A stretch of DNA of 64,000 nucleotides from Eledone cirrhosa (Eukaryota). The notes under the pieces are model-generated. The model was given only the letters and a program-made list of their open reading frames with translations, was not told where the DNA came from and searched no databases. The stretch lies in the NCBI GenBank assembly GCA_964016885.1, contig OZ024742.1, positions 67,890,001 through 67,954,000 of the forward strand, read 5' to 3'. This document shows, one piece after another, positions 1-13,260 of this stretch (positions within the stretch are counted from its first letter, which is position 1; every line of letters begins with the position of its first letter). Both the position numbers and the translations under genes were made by a program.

Positions 1-41
1 GTGAATTACATCCACACTGTAGAACAGACGACAGCTAGATG

Positions 42-115
<74 letters not shown>
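42..115. repeat. (GATA)n microsatellite
   Basis: Uninterrupted GATA units. Confidence 0.97.
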
Positions 116-116
<1 letters not shown>

Positions 117-502
117 CATATACGTGCATGAATGTGTGTATGTGTATAAGTGAATAAATACAGAGAGAGAAATTGGGAGAGAGACAAAAGTTAGTGGTGA
201 TGGGCGCAGATAAATATGGGGAACTCCTAGACAGGTATAGTCGCCTGTATTATATGGAATAGGTCAATTTATGATTCGTATTTTCTTGAACACTTATTTA
301 TTGGTTCACACTCAAATACTCATAAACTCCCACTCAGTACCATACACATAAACACACACATACACGCACATAAATACACACACACACACATATTATATAC
401 CTACTAACTTCCAGACATACATAGACGCATACACTTCCTTACATACATACCGACGTACATATGTACATATATACATATATACATACCTTCATGCATACAT
501 AC

Positions 503-545
<43 letters not shown>

Positions 546-2062
546 CATGTTGGCTACATCTCAATTTCATGAATTGTCATCACTTTATCCAACTCCCAGA
601 CATGGCTGACACGAAAAATACCCTTTTTCGTCTATGCCCTGTCATACTCATGCAATACACGCGAAAGATATTTAGTGATGCCTGTGCTTGAATCTTTTAA
701 AAATGAGGAAAACCCTTGAACTGAGCCAATCCTACTCTCTGATCATAGTTAACCAAAAGCAACAACGGGTCAACATCATTAGTTGCCTTCAAATCGTATG
801 TTTTACATCAGAGGGTTCTTTCAAATAGAATAATATCCTAACTAGGACTAGGAGTCTCTAACTCACGCCGACTAACCACACGCTCGAGCACCAAAGAAGA
901 AATGTAAACTTGACGTGTTCGTCATTTTAAATCATAACGTAAAAGGCTAGAAGTGAATATCACAAGGCATGTTGTCCAATGCGTTAATGTTTCTGAAAAT
1001 AGAGCACAATCTAACCTACTTTATGAAATTTTACAAAAAATGTAAATCAACTGCAATCTTTGTTTTGCTATTCATGAAAGTTTTCTCATATTTTCCCTGT
1101 GTCATTTTCTGCTGTTTATTTTAATTATTATATAAGAGTCATTAATTTTTCAAGTTTTCATTTATGTTTTTTTTCTAATCTAAAACAATAAAAGAAATGA
1201 AAATATACACAATATAGTACCCCAAATTTCTGAAATACATAAAAGATAAATTACATTCACGCCTCATGAATATAGAGTCCTTGTAAGACGAATTTAAAAG
1301 GAAAAATCAATAAATATTTGACATATTTAAATATTCATTGCATCATTATTCTAAACTTTCTTCGCTATTTTATTTCTTATTTTAAATGTGAGTACATGAA
1401 TTATGATGTGAGATGTCGAAATATTGCCAAATTAACATCATTTGTAAATCACATTCACAGTGAATCGAAGAATAATTTCAAATTCATGCAGAATGTGATG
1501 ATATATTAATAGAGGATTTTCATATTGGTGGGGTGGCTATCAATATTCGTAGGTCCTCATCCTGCTAACCAAGTGTACTATATCTTCGCCAAAGTGAAGC
1601 TGACTTTAAACTACCGATATCTTTTCTAACGGTTTTGGAGATTTACAGTTCTTACATCAACAATACTGAATACACAATGTAGTTTAAATTGTTGAGTATT
1701 TCACAATTGCGTATCTTTAAGGTAATCATGATGTCATGACTCCTACCATATCCATTTATACTCACTCATATACAGTAATTGTTTATTGCATCAGAACGTT
1801 ATACCAGGAGTATAACGACAAATCATATTCAATTACATTACTCTATCTTTAGTTTATGTACTTGTTGACCTTTTTGTGAGAGTAATGTTGGTGTTTTCAT
1901 AGACTGTTGTCAAATACAGAGCTCATAACCAGGCCCCTAGGAGCCAGTGACTATATCGTGTCACTGACTTTTCTCAGTGTTATTGGTGCCTCGAAGATAT
2001 AAACTTCACAAGTTTCCTTCACCCCTCTACTATCGATGATATATCAACACCACAAATTGTGC

Positions 2063-2098
<36 letters not shown>

Positions 2099-2104
2099 TT
2101 AATA

Positions 2105-2580
2105 TATATAGAAAAGCTTCTAGAGGACTAGAACTGTTTCATTCGTGAGGAATCGTCAGGAAGCTGACTGTCCAAGTAAATATGGTGGTATTTATAATTT
2201 TTCTGGTGGTAGGAGAGGGTGGGGATTGGGATGGGTAGAGGTCTTTGGTTGATGGATTTAAAGAAAAGGGAATTCATTAAAAGCTAATTCTTTAAAGCTA
2301 TAATTTATATTTAGAGTGACAAAGCCAGAAAGAATACATTAAACAAGTTCAGATTGGAATACCTCTCCTTATTTTTAAATTTCTCTTAATCTGACAATGC
2401 CTGTATGTCAGGTGTCTACAGGATGGGTGGAGATCATTGGTTTAAAGAAAAGGGAATTCTTTAAACGCTAATTCTTTAAAGCTGAATTTAGAGTGACAAA
2501 GGCAGAAAGAATTCTTTAAACAGGTTCAAGTTTGGGGTGCTTCTCCTTATTGTTAAGTTTCTCTTGAACCCGGAATAACT
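2105..2580 (-). mobile_element. Non-coding PLE pLTR-like fragment between TA runs, with a degenerate hammerhead-like motif and an internal ~135 bp duplication
   Basis: Minus strand 2115-2166 reads agcttc-CTGACGA-ttcctcacgaat-GAAAC...gaagct. Segment 2254-2388 recurs at 2439-2567. Flanked by (TA)n at 2067-2096 and 2581-2595. Confidence 0.45.
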
Positions 2581-2595
2581 TATATATATATATAT

Positions 2596-4057
2596 GTGTA
2601 GATAAATCTATCAAAATATACGGTAGTGTCCAATTTGTATGAAGAATCAATGTAATCCAAATATCATGAAAAGAGAAGATGCATTCAAAAATGTTCGATA
2701 AAAATCATAGGAAAGCAGAGTCAAGATAAATTAATAAAAACAATGAAATAAAAACAAAGAACAAGTTCCTTATATTAAAAAATTCTAGGTTGTATATGTG
2801 TGTTGATATGTATATCATATAGATCTATGTAAAACTATTACAAATTATCAGAGGAAATATACATACCTTCACATATACATGCTGTCTTCAGAAATAATGA
2901 GATTTGTTTAATGAAAAAAACCAACAAAGATTTAATATAAAAGGTCTGTTTGGGAACAGGTTTTGAATTGACCAATAGAAAAGTAGTTAGAGTTCAAGTT
3001 GATAGAATAGTGGTAGTAGACATTTAATTTAGGGGTAGAGGGGTGCAGACTTATTTTTTGAATGAAAAGAATACTTTGGGTATGAAAAGAGGTGAAGCCA
3101 GTGAAGGGTACACGAAAATTTGATGTTATTAAAGAATAATATTAAAAACGAAGGAAAATAAAATTTTCGGGTAAGGGTATTAGTGAGAAATACCATTCTT
3201 ATTTAAACCGCAAGGAATTTAGATCTATAACAAGAAATTAAATTATTTGATAGGTATACTTATAGGGATAAATTTATATTAATTCATATGTATGTGACAA
3301 ATAAGAATTAGATGTTATTAAAGAGTGTTGTTAAAAACGAAGGAAAGTAAAATTTGGGGATAGGGGTAGTAGTGAGAAATACCAATCTTATATAAACTAC
3401 AAGGAATCTATATTCATAACAGGAAATTAAATTAATTTATAGGTATACTTTTAAGTATTAATTTTAGAAAAAGAGAGTTGTAAGAGGGAAAAAAAATTAT
3501 TAAGTTCTCTGTAGTAAAATGCTAATTATAGGTTAACTAAATTTTAAAAAAATAATTATAATAATATGTAAAATATAAGAGTAAGGTGTATATTAATTAG
3601 GTTTATAATATTTGAAGGTTCTTCTAATTATATGATTGCAAGATATAATTAATTCCTGTCGCTTATTCAATAGGATATCCTTAGATTTCATGATTTCAAA
3701 AAGTTCCTGGGAGCATAACCTACATTCGTATCTGTTATTTTGATTAGGGGTGGCGCTTTTGAGCACGCTCCAGGTCAGGTTGTAATCGATATTCTTCTTT
3801 CTATAATTATTAATTGTTTCAGCCAAGGATGTTGTATTAGCTAATGCGGCATTTTTAAAACTATGTTTATATGTATTAAATCTTACTTTAAATTGGTTAG
3901 ACGTAGCTCCTATATATGAATAAGTGGAGTCCTTAGTGCTAATTTTAAATGTATAGACTATGTTATTAATAAAACAATTTTCCTTTAATGGGCAATTGAT
4001 GTATTTTTTTAATATGAGGACCTTGTTCTTTGTTTTTATTTCATTGTTTTTATTAAA
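2596..4057 (-). mobile_element. 5'-truncated Penelope-like element (GIY-YIG end plus long 3' UTR)
   Basis: GIY-YIG reading frame at 3593-4005, followed by an AT-rich UTR with a ~140 bp duplication (3122-3265 / 3312-3450). Bounded by TA runs. Confidence 0.7.
3593..4005 (-). pseudogene. PLE GIY-YIG endonuclease domain fragment
   Basis: Minus-strand translation CPLKENCFINNIVYTFKISTKDSTYSYIGATS...FKVRFNTYKHSF...WSVLK...CRLCSQE...LNKRQEL...CNH matches the PLE EN pattern CPL-xxx-C / VY / YIG / CxLC / LNKRxE. Confidence 0.85.
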
Positions 4058-4115
4058 TTATATATATATATATATTTATACATATTTATACATATAGATA
4101 TACATATATTTATAC

Positions 4116-4180
<65 letters not shown>
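4058..4180. repeat. (TA)n microsatellite
   Basis: TA run with occasional C/G interruptions. Confidence 0.95.
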
Positions 4181-4181
<1 letters not shown>

Positions 4182-4257
4182 CGAAGGAAATGTGGTAAGG
4201 AACCAGGTGGACCATAACGCACCAAAGTACTCAATACTTGAGGTAGTAGAGTGGGTA

Positions 4258-4350
4258 ATAGGAACCAGTAAGACCCCGACAGCTGAGCTCAAGCCGTCCA
4301 GAATTAGCCGTCGAAATGGCTTGAGCTCAGCTGTCGGGGTCTTACTGGTT

Positions 4351-4355
<5 letters not shown>
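4258..4355. repeat. Perfect 38 bp inverted repeat with 22 nt loop
   Basis: ataggaaccagtaagaccccgacagctgagctcaagcc (4258-4295) is the exact reverse complement of 4318-4355. Confidence 0.97.
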
Positions 4356-4397
<42 letters not shown>

Positions 4398-5543
4398 AAG
4401 GGTGTGGTAACATACTGGGTGGACCATAACGCACCAACGTACTCGATACTTGGGGTAGTAGAGTGGGTAATAGGAAAAGATTCAGGACCCCACGGCTTAG
4501 CTCCGGCCGTTTCCCAATTTCATACTTAGATAGAGGAAACCCCACGCATCCTTAGGTAGAAATAGAATACTTTCATTCTTGCTAAACTCTACATATTGCC
4601 CTATGGAACCAGCCGAATAGAAAGCTGTGGCACTTTCCAAACCTATTACCCATAACTTAACCACGATGCACAGACTTACTCGTAGCTATTACCGGACCGC
4701 TGCTATGGCAGATATAGTATATATAGAGCTAACGCGTACTGGCATATTAACTTATATTATGCAAGTGCACAAGTACCATCACTTATGGTAGCGTCAGAAT
4801 TGTTAAAGAAAGCTATTAACAAACCTTTATTTCTATTACTTCCATTTAACCGTGATTGGCGAGTGCTTTAATATACATGTTAAATTCGCACTTGGCGGCA
4901 CTTTGAGGAATATATATCAATACAGAACTTTAACTAACTTACAACAGTATGAGATATGAAATAACGTCACTATCTTTAAGGTTGGGGGTAGATTGTTTGA
5001 AAACAAGCAAAATAAAACAAATATGCTAATTAGTGAACGAGGCACTCTTCCCGTGCCATAGAGTAATCGATAACTAGATTTCTCTGTGTTGACAAAAATA
5101 GTAATACATTATAAATGCTTAGCCCTTTAGCAAAGTGTAAAGATAAACCAAAAACATAAATACTCTTTGACGCTGAAAATATATTTTCTCTAGTTGAGTT
5201 TCTTTCTCTCTTGAAATGAAGTTTACGACAAAAACATTTCTAGAGATTGAAAATAGTTGAGCAAGATTGAATCTCCCTTAATAGCCTGTGCGCGCGGCTG
5301 ACTAGCTAGTCAATTAGTCTCCCGACATACTCGCCTTTCATATTCGCATGTCTATCCCCTCGCCGCTAAGAATGTAATAAATAATATACACCAGCCATTT
5401 GATGTAAGATACCCCTCCTCAAGATCACTGAGCACTCCCGAGAAAAACTATATATATATATATAATGTACTGTGTTGGCGTAACGGTAGCACAGTGGTCT
5501 GGACAACTAAAGATATGAGTTCGATTTCCATGTCCGTCAATAC

Positions 5544-5581
<38 letters not shown>

Positions 5582-6329
5582 AACTATTAGAAAGGAAAAA
5601 CATTTTTTCTATAGAAAATTCTGAAGAAATATTTTTAGTGACATTTCAAAGCATTAATTTATTTACAATACCGGTTTCAGCATTAAATGCATAGTCAATT
5701 ACGAATGTGCAGAATATTGTTAAGTTGCATATTTGTACAAATAGTTAAAATAATGATAATAACAAAAAATATATACAGAGGGGAAAACAAGGTAATTTTC
5801 ACACACGTGATCCTTCAGAGAAGAAAGTCATTTTTTCTGTCCATCCTTCTCTGCTAATGGCCTTGTTGTGACTAGAGGGGGTAGAAGCATCAAGTGAGAG
5901 GATGGGAAGAAGAAGAAGGTAAAGAGTTAGGGGAGGGTTGTTGTGGGTGCAGACTCCTATGTGGGACCTTTTGAATAGTGGATACAAGGTTTGGCTGGGA
6001 TTGGTTTGAAAGGCTGGGTGACCTTAGAGTTGACCTGTTGATTCTAAAAATATCTATCTTGGTATTTCCTCTTAGAAGAAATCATCAACGTTGACCTTGT
6101 TTTTTTGCCACAAAGAATATTTAAAGTTATTGAAATATTAATTCCATCCCTAGCAGGAATTTTAGATTTAGGAGGATGGAAAAAATGTTGCTACTAAGAG
6201 GGGTTCATAGCCACTGGAATCATATCAAGTGGTACAGTCCAAGGTGTACTTAGCGAGGAACTACACGACAGGTACATTAAGGACGACTCACTAGCTAGAA
6301 ATAGAAGCAACTACACGCCTTAAAAAGGT

Positions 6330-8327
6330 AAGAACAAATTCCTTGACCAATTCTGCGAACACATTACAAATTACCCATAGCAACACTTACACAGACATAA
6401 ACACAAGCCAAATCTCAACAAGAACGAATGGGTTGAGCTGAACTGATTAAAGAATGATAAAGCTATAACAATCAAAGAGGCGGATAACGGGAGTGCGGTA
6501 GACCTTATGGAGACAAAACATTATATAACGCTAGTACTCTCTTCTTTAGAAGACAAAACATACTACGAAAAGGCTCAACACCACAGCCAACAGAAAATAA
6601 TGGGAAACCTAAAAACTCTAACAACCCTTTACAGAGAAGGACTTACCGACAAGGAATACAACTATATCACTGACTTCAAAAGCAAACCCAGCCTTTTCTA
6701 CGGTATCCCTGAGATAAACAAAGGCGAAAGAATAAGTAAGGCATGCAAGGAGGCTACAGACATATTCATCAATGTCCCTTCACCCAACGATCTCAAATTA
6801 AGACCTATAGTAGCAGGTCCCGCTTCTAAAACCCACTGCCTCAGCAACTTCCCAGATATCCTGTTAAAACCATTCCTGAAACACATTAAAAGCTACATAA
6901 GGGACGACCTCGATATTGTCAACCATCTCCCCAAAACACTTAATAATGAACATACTCTACTAGTGTCTGTCAGTGTAATCAACCTTTATTCCAATATCCC
7001 ACACAACTTAGAAATAGAGGCAATCCAAATCTGGATAGAAAATTACCCCAATGAACTACCACACGACATCATAAAAGAATTCGTAATAGAAGGGCTCAAA
7101 TTTATCTTGGAGAATAACTATTTCGAATTCTATGCCAAACTCTACAGACAGAAATCCGGGACTGCCATGGACACGAAAACGGCCCCCTCTTACGCCACTT
7201 CTTTATGGGATACTTGAAATCACCCTCTACCTAAAAGTACTAGATAAATACGTAAACCCCTTCTACCTCCTCATAGAAAAAAACTGGAAGAGGTATCTGG
7301 ATGATTGTTTCATCCTCTAGCATGAAAGCATAAAAAGACTTTTTGAATTTAAAACACTTCTAAATGGACGCAACACAAATATTCAATTTACAATAGAATA
7401 CAGCCACGAACAACTTCCTTTCCTCGACATCCCTATCAAGAAAACCAACAACAAAATAGAAACAGACATATGCTATAAACCCACAGACTCGAAACAGTAT
7501 CTTCCATTAAACTCATGCCACCCTAGACACACAAAAATGAGCATTCTCTACAACCTAGCCAAAAGGATCTGCACAATTGCATCTGATAAATACACATACT
7601 ACATACGACTTGAAGAATTAAAGAACACACGTATTAGCAGGAATTACCCACCATCTTACAACTCAACATCCAGGAACTTAGACACCCCAAACCAAGGAAT
7701 GAATCAAAACTGAAAACTCTACCATACATCTCCACATATAACTCCCTTAACAATGAGGCATTCTACACCATCCTCCAGAACATACCTTTACTAAAAAGAG
7801 ACCTAAGAAAGAACCAAATCCTCCAAATGCACAATATCATAAAGAGCAAAAGACAACATAAATCAATAAAAAACATCCTTACACAGGTCAAAGTCGAGCT
7901 GACCTCCACAATGAACCCTACAGTAAAAAAAAATGCGTCAGACCCAACTGTGGTATGAGTAGCAATCTAATAGTGGGATCGGAGTTCCACTTCAAACAAG
8001 GGCAATACTTTACAGTTAAGTGCAATTTCACATATGCATCAAAATCCTGATAAATGTGTTGACCTGCTCAGTTTGTAGAGAGCACTACATAGGACATACC
8101 GAAAACAGCCTCCGACAACGTATAGATCCCAAATCAAAATACGGGAATCCAGAAAGATAGCACTAACTGAACACATGGCGACCTGCGCATCTAATGAACA
8201 ACCCAATTTTAGAATTTTTCCCATCTACAATTGCAAAGACAACACTTTCTACATCCAACACTTTAGCAAGGAATCACAATTTATCGCCAAATACGAACCC
8301 CTTCTAAATGCTTCCACTTCGGACTAA
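6330..8327 (+). pseudogene. PLE reverse transcriptase + GIY-YIG endonuclease (frameshifted, with stops)
   Basis: Motifs IKEADNGSAV, RPIVAGP, SYIRDDLD, NLYSNIPH, GTAMDTKTAPSYA, WKRYLDDCF, LPFLD, KPTDSKQYL, Cys-rich CVRPNCG, TCSVC..HYIGHT, and C-terminal ESQFIAKYEPLLN. Confidence 0.93.
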
Positions 8328-9091
8328 ACCAAAGCTGGCACACTTTAAAATCAACACCCTAGACAAATGAACCCTTTAGCAATGTATCCTTCTCCAAGAT
8401 TCCAGCAAGCTCTGACAACTATATTATGCAGACCTAGCAACCACATAGTAACACCCACATCAGAAAGTCCTGGAGGAACTCCACGAAGTTATTCGGATAA
8501 ATGGAGACATTCAGGTGCCAAACTAAATGCTTTTCATTCCCCCGAATCTGGAAGCTTCTCTGAAGATAGAGTGAGTATTCCAGTGGCTCTGAACCTGTCT
8601 TTGTAGCAACATGTTCTCCATCCTCCTAAATCTAAAATTCCTGCTAGGGATGGAATTAATATTTCAATAACTCTAAATCTTCTTTGTGGCAAAATTACAA
8701 GGTCAATGTTGATGATTTCTTCTAAGAAAAAATACCAAGATAGATATTTTTAGAAGCAACAGGTCAACTCTAAGGTCACCCAACCTTTCAACCCAATCCC
8801 AGCCAAACCTTGTATCCACTATTCAAAGGGTCCCACATAGCAGTCTGCTGCCACAACAGCCATCCCCTACCTCCACCGCCTCCTTCTTCTTCTCCTCTCT
8901 CATAATACTTCTACCCTCACTAGTCACAACAAAGCCATTAGCAGAGAAGGATGGACAGACAAAATGACTTTCTTCTCTGAAGGATCATGTATGTGAAAAT
9001 TACCTTGTTTTCCCTTCTCTCTATATTTCTTTTGTTAACATTATTTTCACTATTTGTACAAATATGCAACTCAACAATATTCTGCACATCC

Positions 9092-9129
9092 GCAATTGAC
9101 AATGCATTTAATGCTGAAACCGGTATTGT
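9092..9129 (+). ncRNA. Minimal type I hammerhead ribozyme (U3-A8 variant) in PLE pLTR
   Basis: gcaa-TTGACAA-tgcatttaatgct-GAAA-ccgg-TA-ttgt. Stem I gcaa/ttgt, stem II gca/tgc, palindromic stem III ACCGGT, GUA cleavage triplet. Confidence 0.65.
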
Positions 9130-10749
9130 AAATAAATTAATGCTTTGAAATGTCACTAAAATATCTCATCAACATTTTCTACAGAAATAATCTTTATCCT
9201 TTCTACTATTTGTTTTATATATATATCAACTCGTGTGTTACTTTTCTACATTCGATATATATATATATGTATATATATTTACCCCCATACACATACCTAT
9301 ATATATATTATGTATAAATATTTAAGTATGTATGTTTGTATTATATCATGTTATATTATATTATATCATATCATATCATTATATTATATAATGACACCTT
9401 ATAAATACATCACAAGTCAGTTACGAACAATGATGCACACTTCGCTATCATGCCATACGCCAAAATGTCGGCGGTTGACAAAATAGCTGGAAGTGATGTT
9501 AATTTAACAAAATAAATAAATACTTAAAAGCATTTGAAAATTTGTCATCTAAAATTGAAATCTTTTAATACTCCCAAATTGATAGCTTTTTGATGAAGTG
9601 TCCTTGACGTTACTTACATTTCAACGAAGTAAATATTTTATTTGATTGTATAAAGTAGTTTCAATAACATTTTCTGGTTGTTGTAAATACAGCCATAGGT
9701 GAATATTGGAAGTATTTCTCAGTCATATATATGTGTGTGTGTGCGCGCGTGCGTGCGTATTTGCATGTGTGTGTGCGTGCGTGCGCTTTATCGATGTGAT
9801 TTTTTCGAGGCGTATGTGTCAGTCATTTCAATATCTGTAGCTGATATCAGGTTGTGGAATAACTTGAGATACGTTTCTCTCTTATATATTATTATCAGAA
9901 GTGAGATGTGAGTGGCTTATTGTAGATCATATGTGTGGGTGTTTATTTAAAGGAGACGGGTTAATTTAAATATGTATAATTATATATTCGGTGAAAATAT
10001 AGAAATATTCAAATGTAATTAAAGCATTCTTTTATTGCTGTTCTGCATTTGTAGGCGTTTTATCGTAGGGGATGTGTCGTTTTTTCCTTTTCACTATGTT
10101 CTAATTGAACACGTTGACCTCACTTTTAAAGTCGAGTTATGCAAAAATAATTAAATGATGAAAAGTTGAAAAACATCGTGAGGTCCCTTTTTATTCTAGT
10201 TATTGAATTTATCATGCAGGTCGTTGTAATACTTGTTGGAGTGGTAATGTCCGTGTGTTTGCTATGGTTTTTACATTCATTGTGTTTGTGGTAATGTGAG
10301 TATTAATGTTTGTATTAAGTGTTAGTTGCTGTGTTGATAGTGGTGATATTATTGGTGATCCCTAGTTTTAGTGGAGGGGTTGCAGATGGTGATACCGAAT
10401 GCAGTGATTAAAATGGCGGTTATATCTATATTAGATATGGTCCTTATCTCTATATTAGTGTTGATGGTGATAATAGTTTGCAAAACGTATTTGCGTCGAC
10501 ACAAAATATCAGATATTGGGGGGATTGAGATACGAGAAATTTCTAAAAAGATAATTTACCTTAGTTTACTTTAAGGATTCACTCAGAAATGAAAACTATG
10601 TTATTTTCTGTTTGATTCTGCAGAACGATAATTTATTTTTTGAGGTGCTGTTGCTGATACACAAGCTTGAGATAAATGTTTATGGTGTTCCTGTTTATAC
10701 TAAGGTAATTTCACTACATTATTTACTCTATATATTTACTCTATCTATA

Positions 10750-10940
10750 AGGGCGGTAGATTGGCAGTATCGGTAGAAGGTCGCACGTCATGCTTTGCAG
10801 CATAGAGTTACGGCTCTTTACAGTCTGAGTTCAAATACCGCCGAGGTTAACTTTGCCTTTCCTCCCCATGAGGTTGATAAAATAAAGCACCAGTAATACA
10901 CTGAGATAATTTCTGGCCTTGTACCAAAAGTAGAAACAAG
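10750..10940 (+). mobile_element. tRNA-derived SINE (octopus-type), near full length
   Basis: A-box-like TGGCAGTATCGG, B-box GAGTTCAAATACC, body ccgaggttaactttgcctt, tail gtagaaacaa. atttactctat flanks both sides (probable TSD). Confidence 0.88.
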
Positions 10941-12109
10941 AATTTACTCTATATAAACATTTACCTTTGAAAATGGTAAATTAAGGAAACGAGTCAATGG
11001 ATTGGAAAAGGTTTTCTCACAATTCGTCAGGAAATTCATAACCCATGAACGTGCTCCAATAAGATAATCTATCTATAAGGATCACGAAACAAATCGTTAT
11101 GCCTGACTCAGAAAGAAAAATGAAACAGCGATAATATCAGACCAGACAATATTATCGTGTTGCATCGAAGAAAATTTACTTTGTTTAGCTTTGTGTCGCC
11201 ATAATATGAATGGTCTATAAATTCAAATCGAATGTAAACAGGTTAAACATTTGATATGAAACAACTATTCTTGTTGATGGTTATACGCCTGGATAACATG
11301 TATTATCGGTGCCTTAAGGATTTTAATTTATTAACTAGGTCGTTGTAATTTCCTAGCTTTACACTTCATAGAATATTGTTATATGGGTTATTATTTGCTG
11401 TATTGTAAAGTATGTCAGAGAACATAATATCGCGGATATTTTGTGTTATATGAGCTTCTGTCTCTATACCAATTTGATATACTATTTCCTTATTGTCATT
11501 TTACATCTCAAGTTGATGGCATTGAATGGCGTAGATCTTTTTAACGAATGGATTAGCATTTGATGGTTGGGCGTATATAATGCATATGTACTATGATTTT
11601 GTGTTACTAAGTATAGTTTCTCCGTCATGGTATAACAGAATCTGATATAATGTGGTCTAATATTTCATGAGATGCACTCCGCAATCAATATGTAATTTTT
11701 ATGCAGTTCTAGATATGTCTTTCAATATATCTAGTTGTGATGGTTTGTAACATGAATAGTTTTACATATATTGCTACATTTTTAGCCCGATAATGAAATA
11801 CAAGGTGGATTAGCATATCAGTAAGCTGAGTGTTGTAACAGCTAAACTTGTGGATGATAAAAGTGCAGGCCTTAAATACGATTACGTGCTTCAACAGCAT
11901 GACACATACAATTAGTTGGAAACGTGTTCAATCGACTGAATCTCCTTCAGTTAGATCTCATATGATCTATACGATGAAGCACTAAAAACAAATTAAACGT
12001 CACCGGGCTAAAGACTTCAATGATAAAGAGATGCTAAAACAGTGTAAAACTTAAACACCGGATATCTATTGTTTTAAAATATTATTTCTAGCACACAAAC
12101 GCAAACACG

Positions 12110-12442
<333 letters not shown>

Positions 12443-12517
12443 GTGACTTCTCTCGCCCACGTGTAGCTGGACAGTCACTTTAATATTCTCTTAGTGTTGT
12501 CTGAAATGTATAGCCTT

Positions 12518-12599
12518 ACACACGCTGACGAACCGGGGTTATTTCATTTCTGTCAACAACTTACTGGCGAAATAGTTCTCCTAGGATTTGTACGTGTGT
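12518..12599 (+). ncRNA. Type I hammerhead ribozyme with extended stem III
   Basis: acacacg-CTGACGA-[stem II ccgg/ctgg]-GAAA-tagttc-TCCTAGGA-ttt-GTA-cgtgtgt. Perfect 7 bp stem I and a palindrome in loop III. Confidence 0.75.
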
Positions 12600-12915
12600 T
12601 ATATAGTTCTAGAGGTATTTATTTACGCTTTAATTTATATTTTTAATTATCGTGTATCTACTCTTCCTTTCATAGGTTATAGATTCCATACACTGGTGGA
12701 TTTTCCCTGCTTTATTGATAGCGCACTGTATCTGTCTTTAGTGTGTTACCTTTTAAACATATTGTATACCGGCCGCTATCTTCAAGTTGCAAAGCTGTCT
12801 AAATGTAATGTTATAACTCTAAGGCAAAATACCTTATTGAGTGCTTAGCTGCACATTCCGATTGCATTCGTTAGTTTAACTGCAGCCAGAGCTTCGACTA
12901 TGCTGTACTTTCATT

Positions 12916-12973
<58 letters not shown>

Positions 12974-13191
12974 AAATATCCAAACGCAAATAACTCAGTC
13001 CATAGGATGAGGTTAGTATGAATAATTACAACACTGACGTAAAAAGGTATTTAAGTTTCGTTGGGTTCTGGATTCCAACCCATTCACCCTGTTATAAGAG
13101 TTGGGGTCCATGTTGATGTCTCTGTTGGAATTATTTGTGTATATATATATATAATATATAATATCAAAAGATGGTTAAATGAGTTCCATGT

Positions 13192-13260
13192 ATTTTATTA
13201 TGCGCATTTCAAAAACAAATATCATCATGCAATAACATTTGTGTTTTCATCAGATAAAAC
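13192..13260 (-). ncRNA. Minimal type I hammerhead ribozyme (inverted copy)
   Basis: Reverse complement of the 15929-15997 motif with the core intact. Confidence 0.85.

Larger units (their letters stand above)
5572..9220 (+). mobile_element. Penelope-like retroelement (Neptune/Naiad-like EN) with inverted 5' copy of its 3' pLTR, inserted in (TA)n
   Basis: 5572-6221 is a diverged reverse complement of 8577-9220. The internal frame encodes RT and GIY-YIG. TA runs on both sides. Confidence 0.92.

Noticed and set aside
4485-4560. Minus-strand CTAAGGA...GAAAcggccggagcTA hammerhead-like motif
   Set aside because: G5 missing and stem I does not pair.
8970-9010. CTGAAGG...GAAA second hammerhead candidate in the PLE pLTR
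   Set aside because: A9 absent, and no stem I or stem III pairing.
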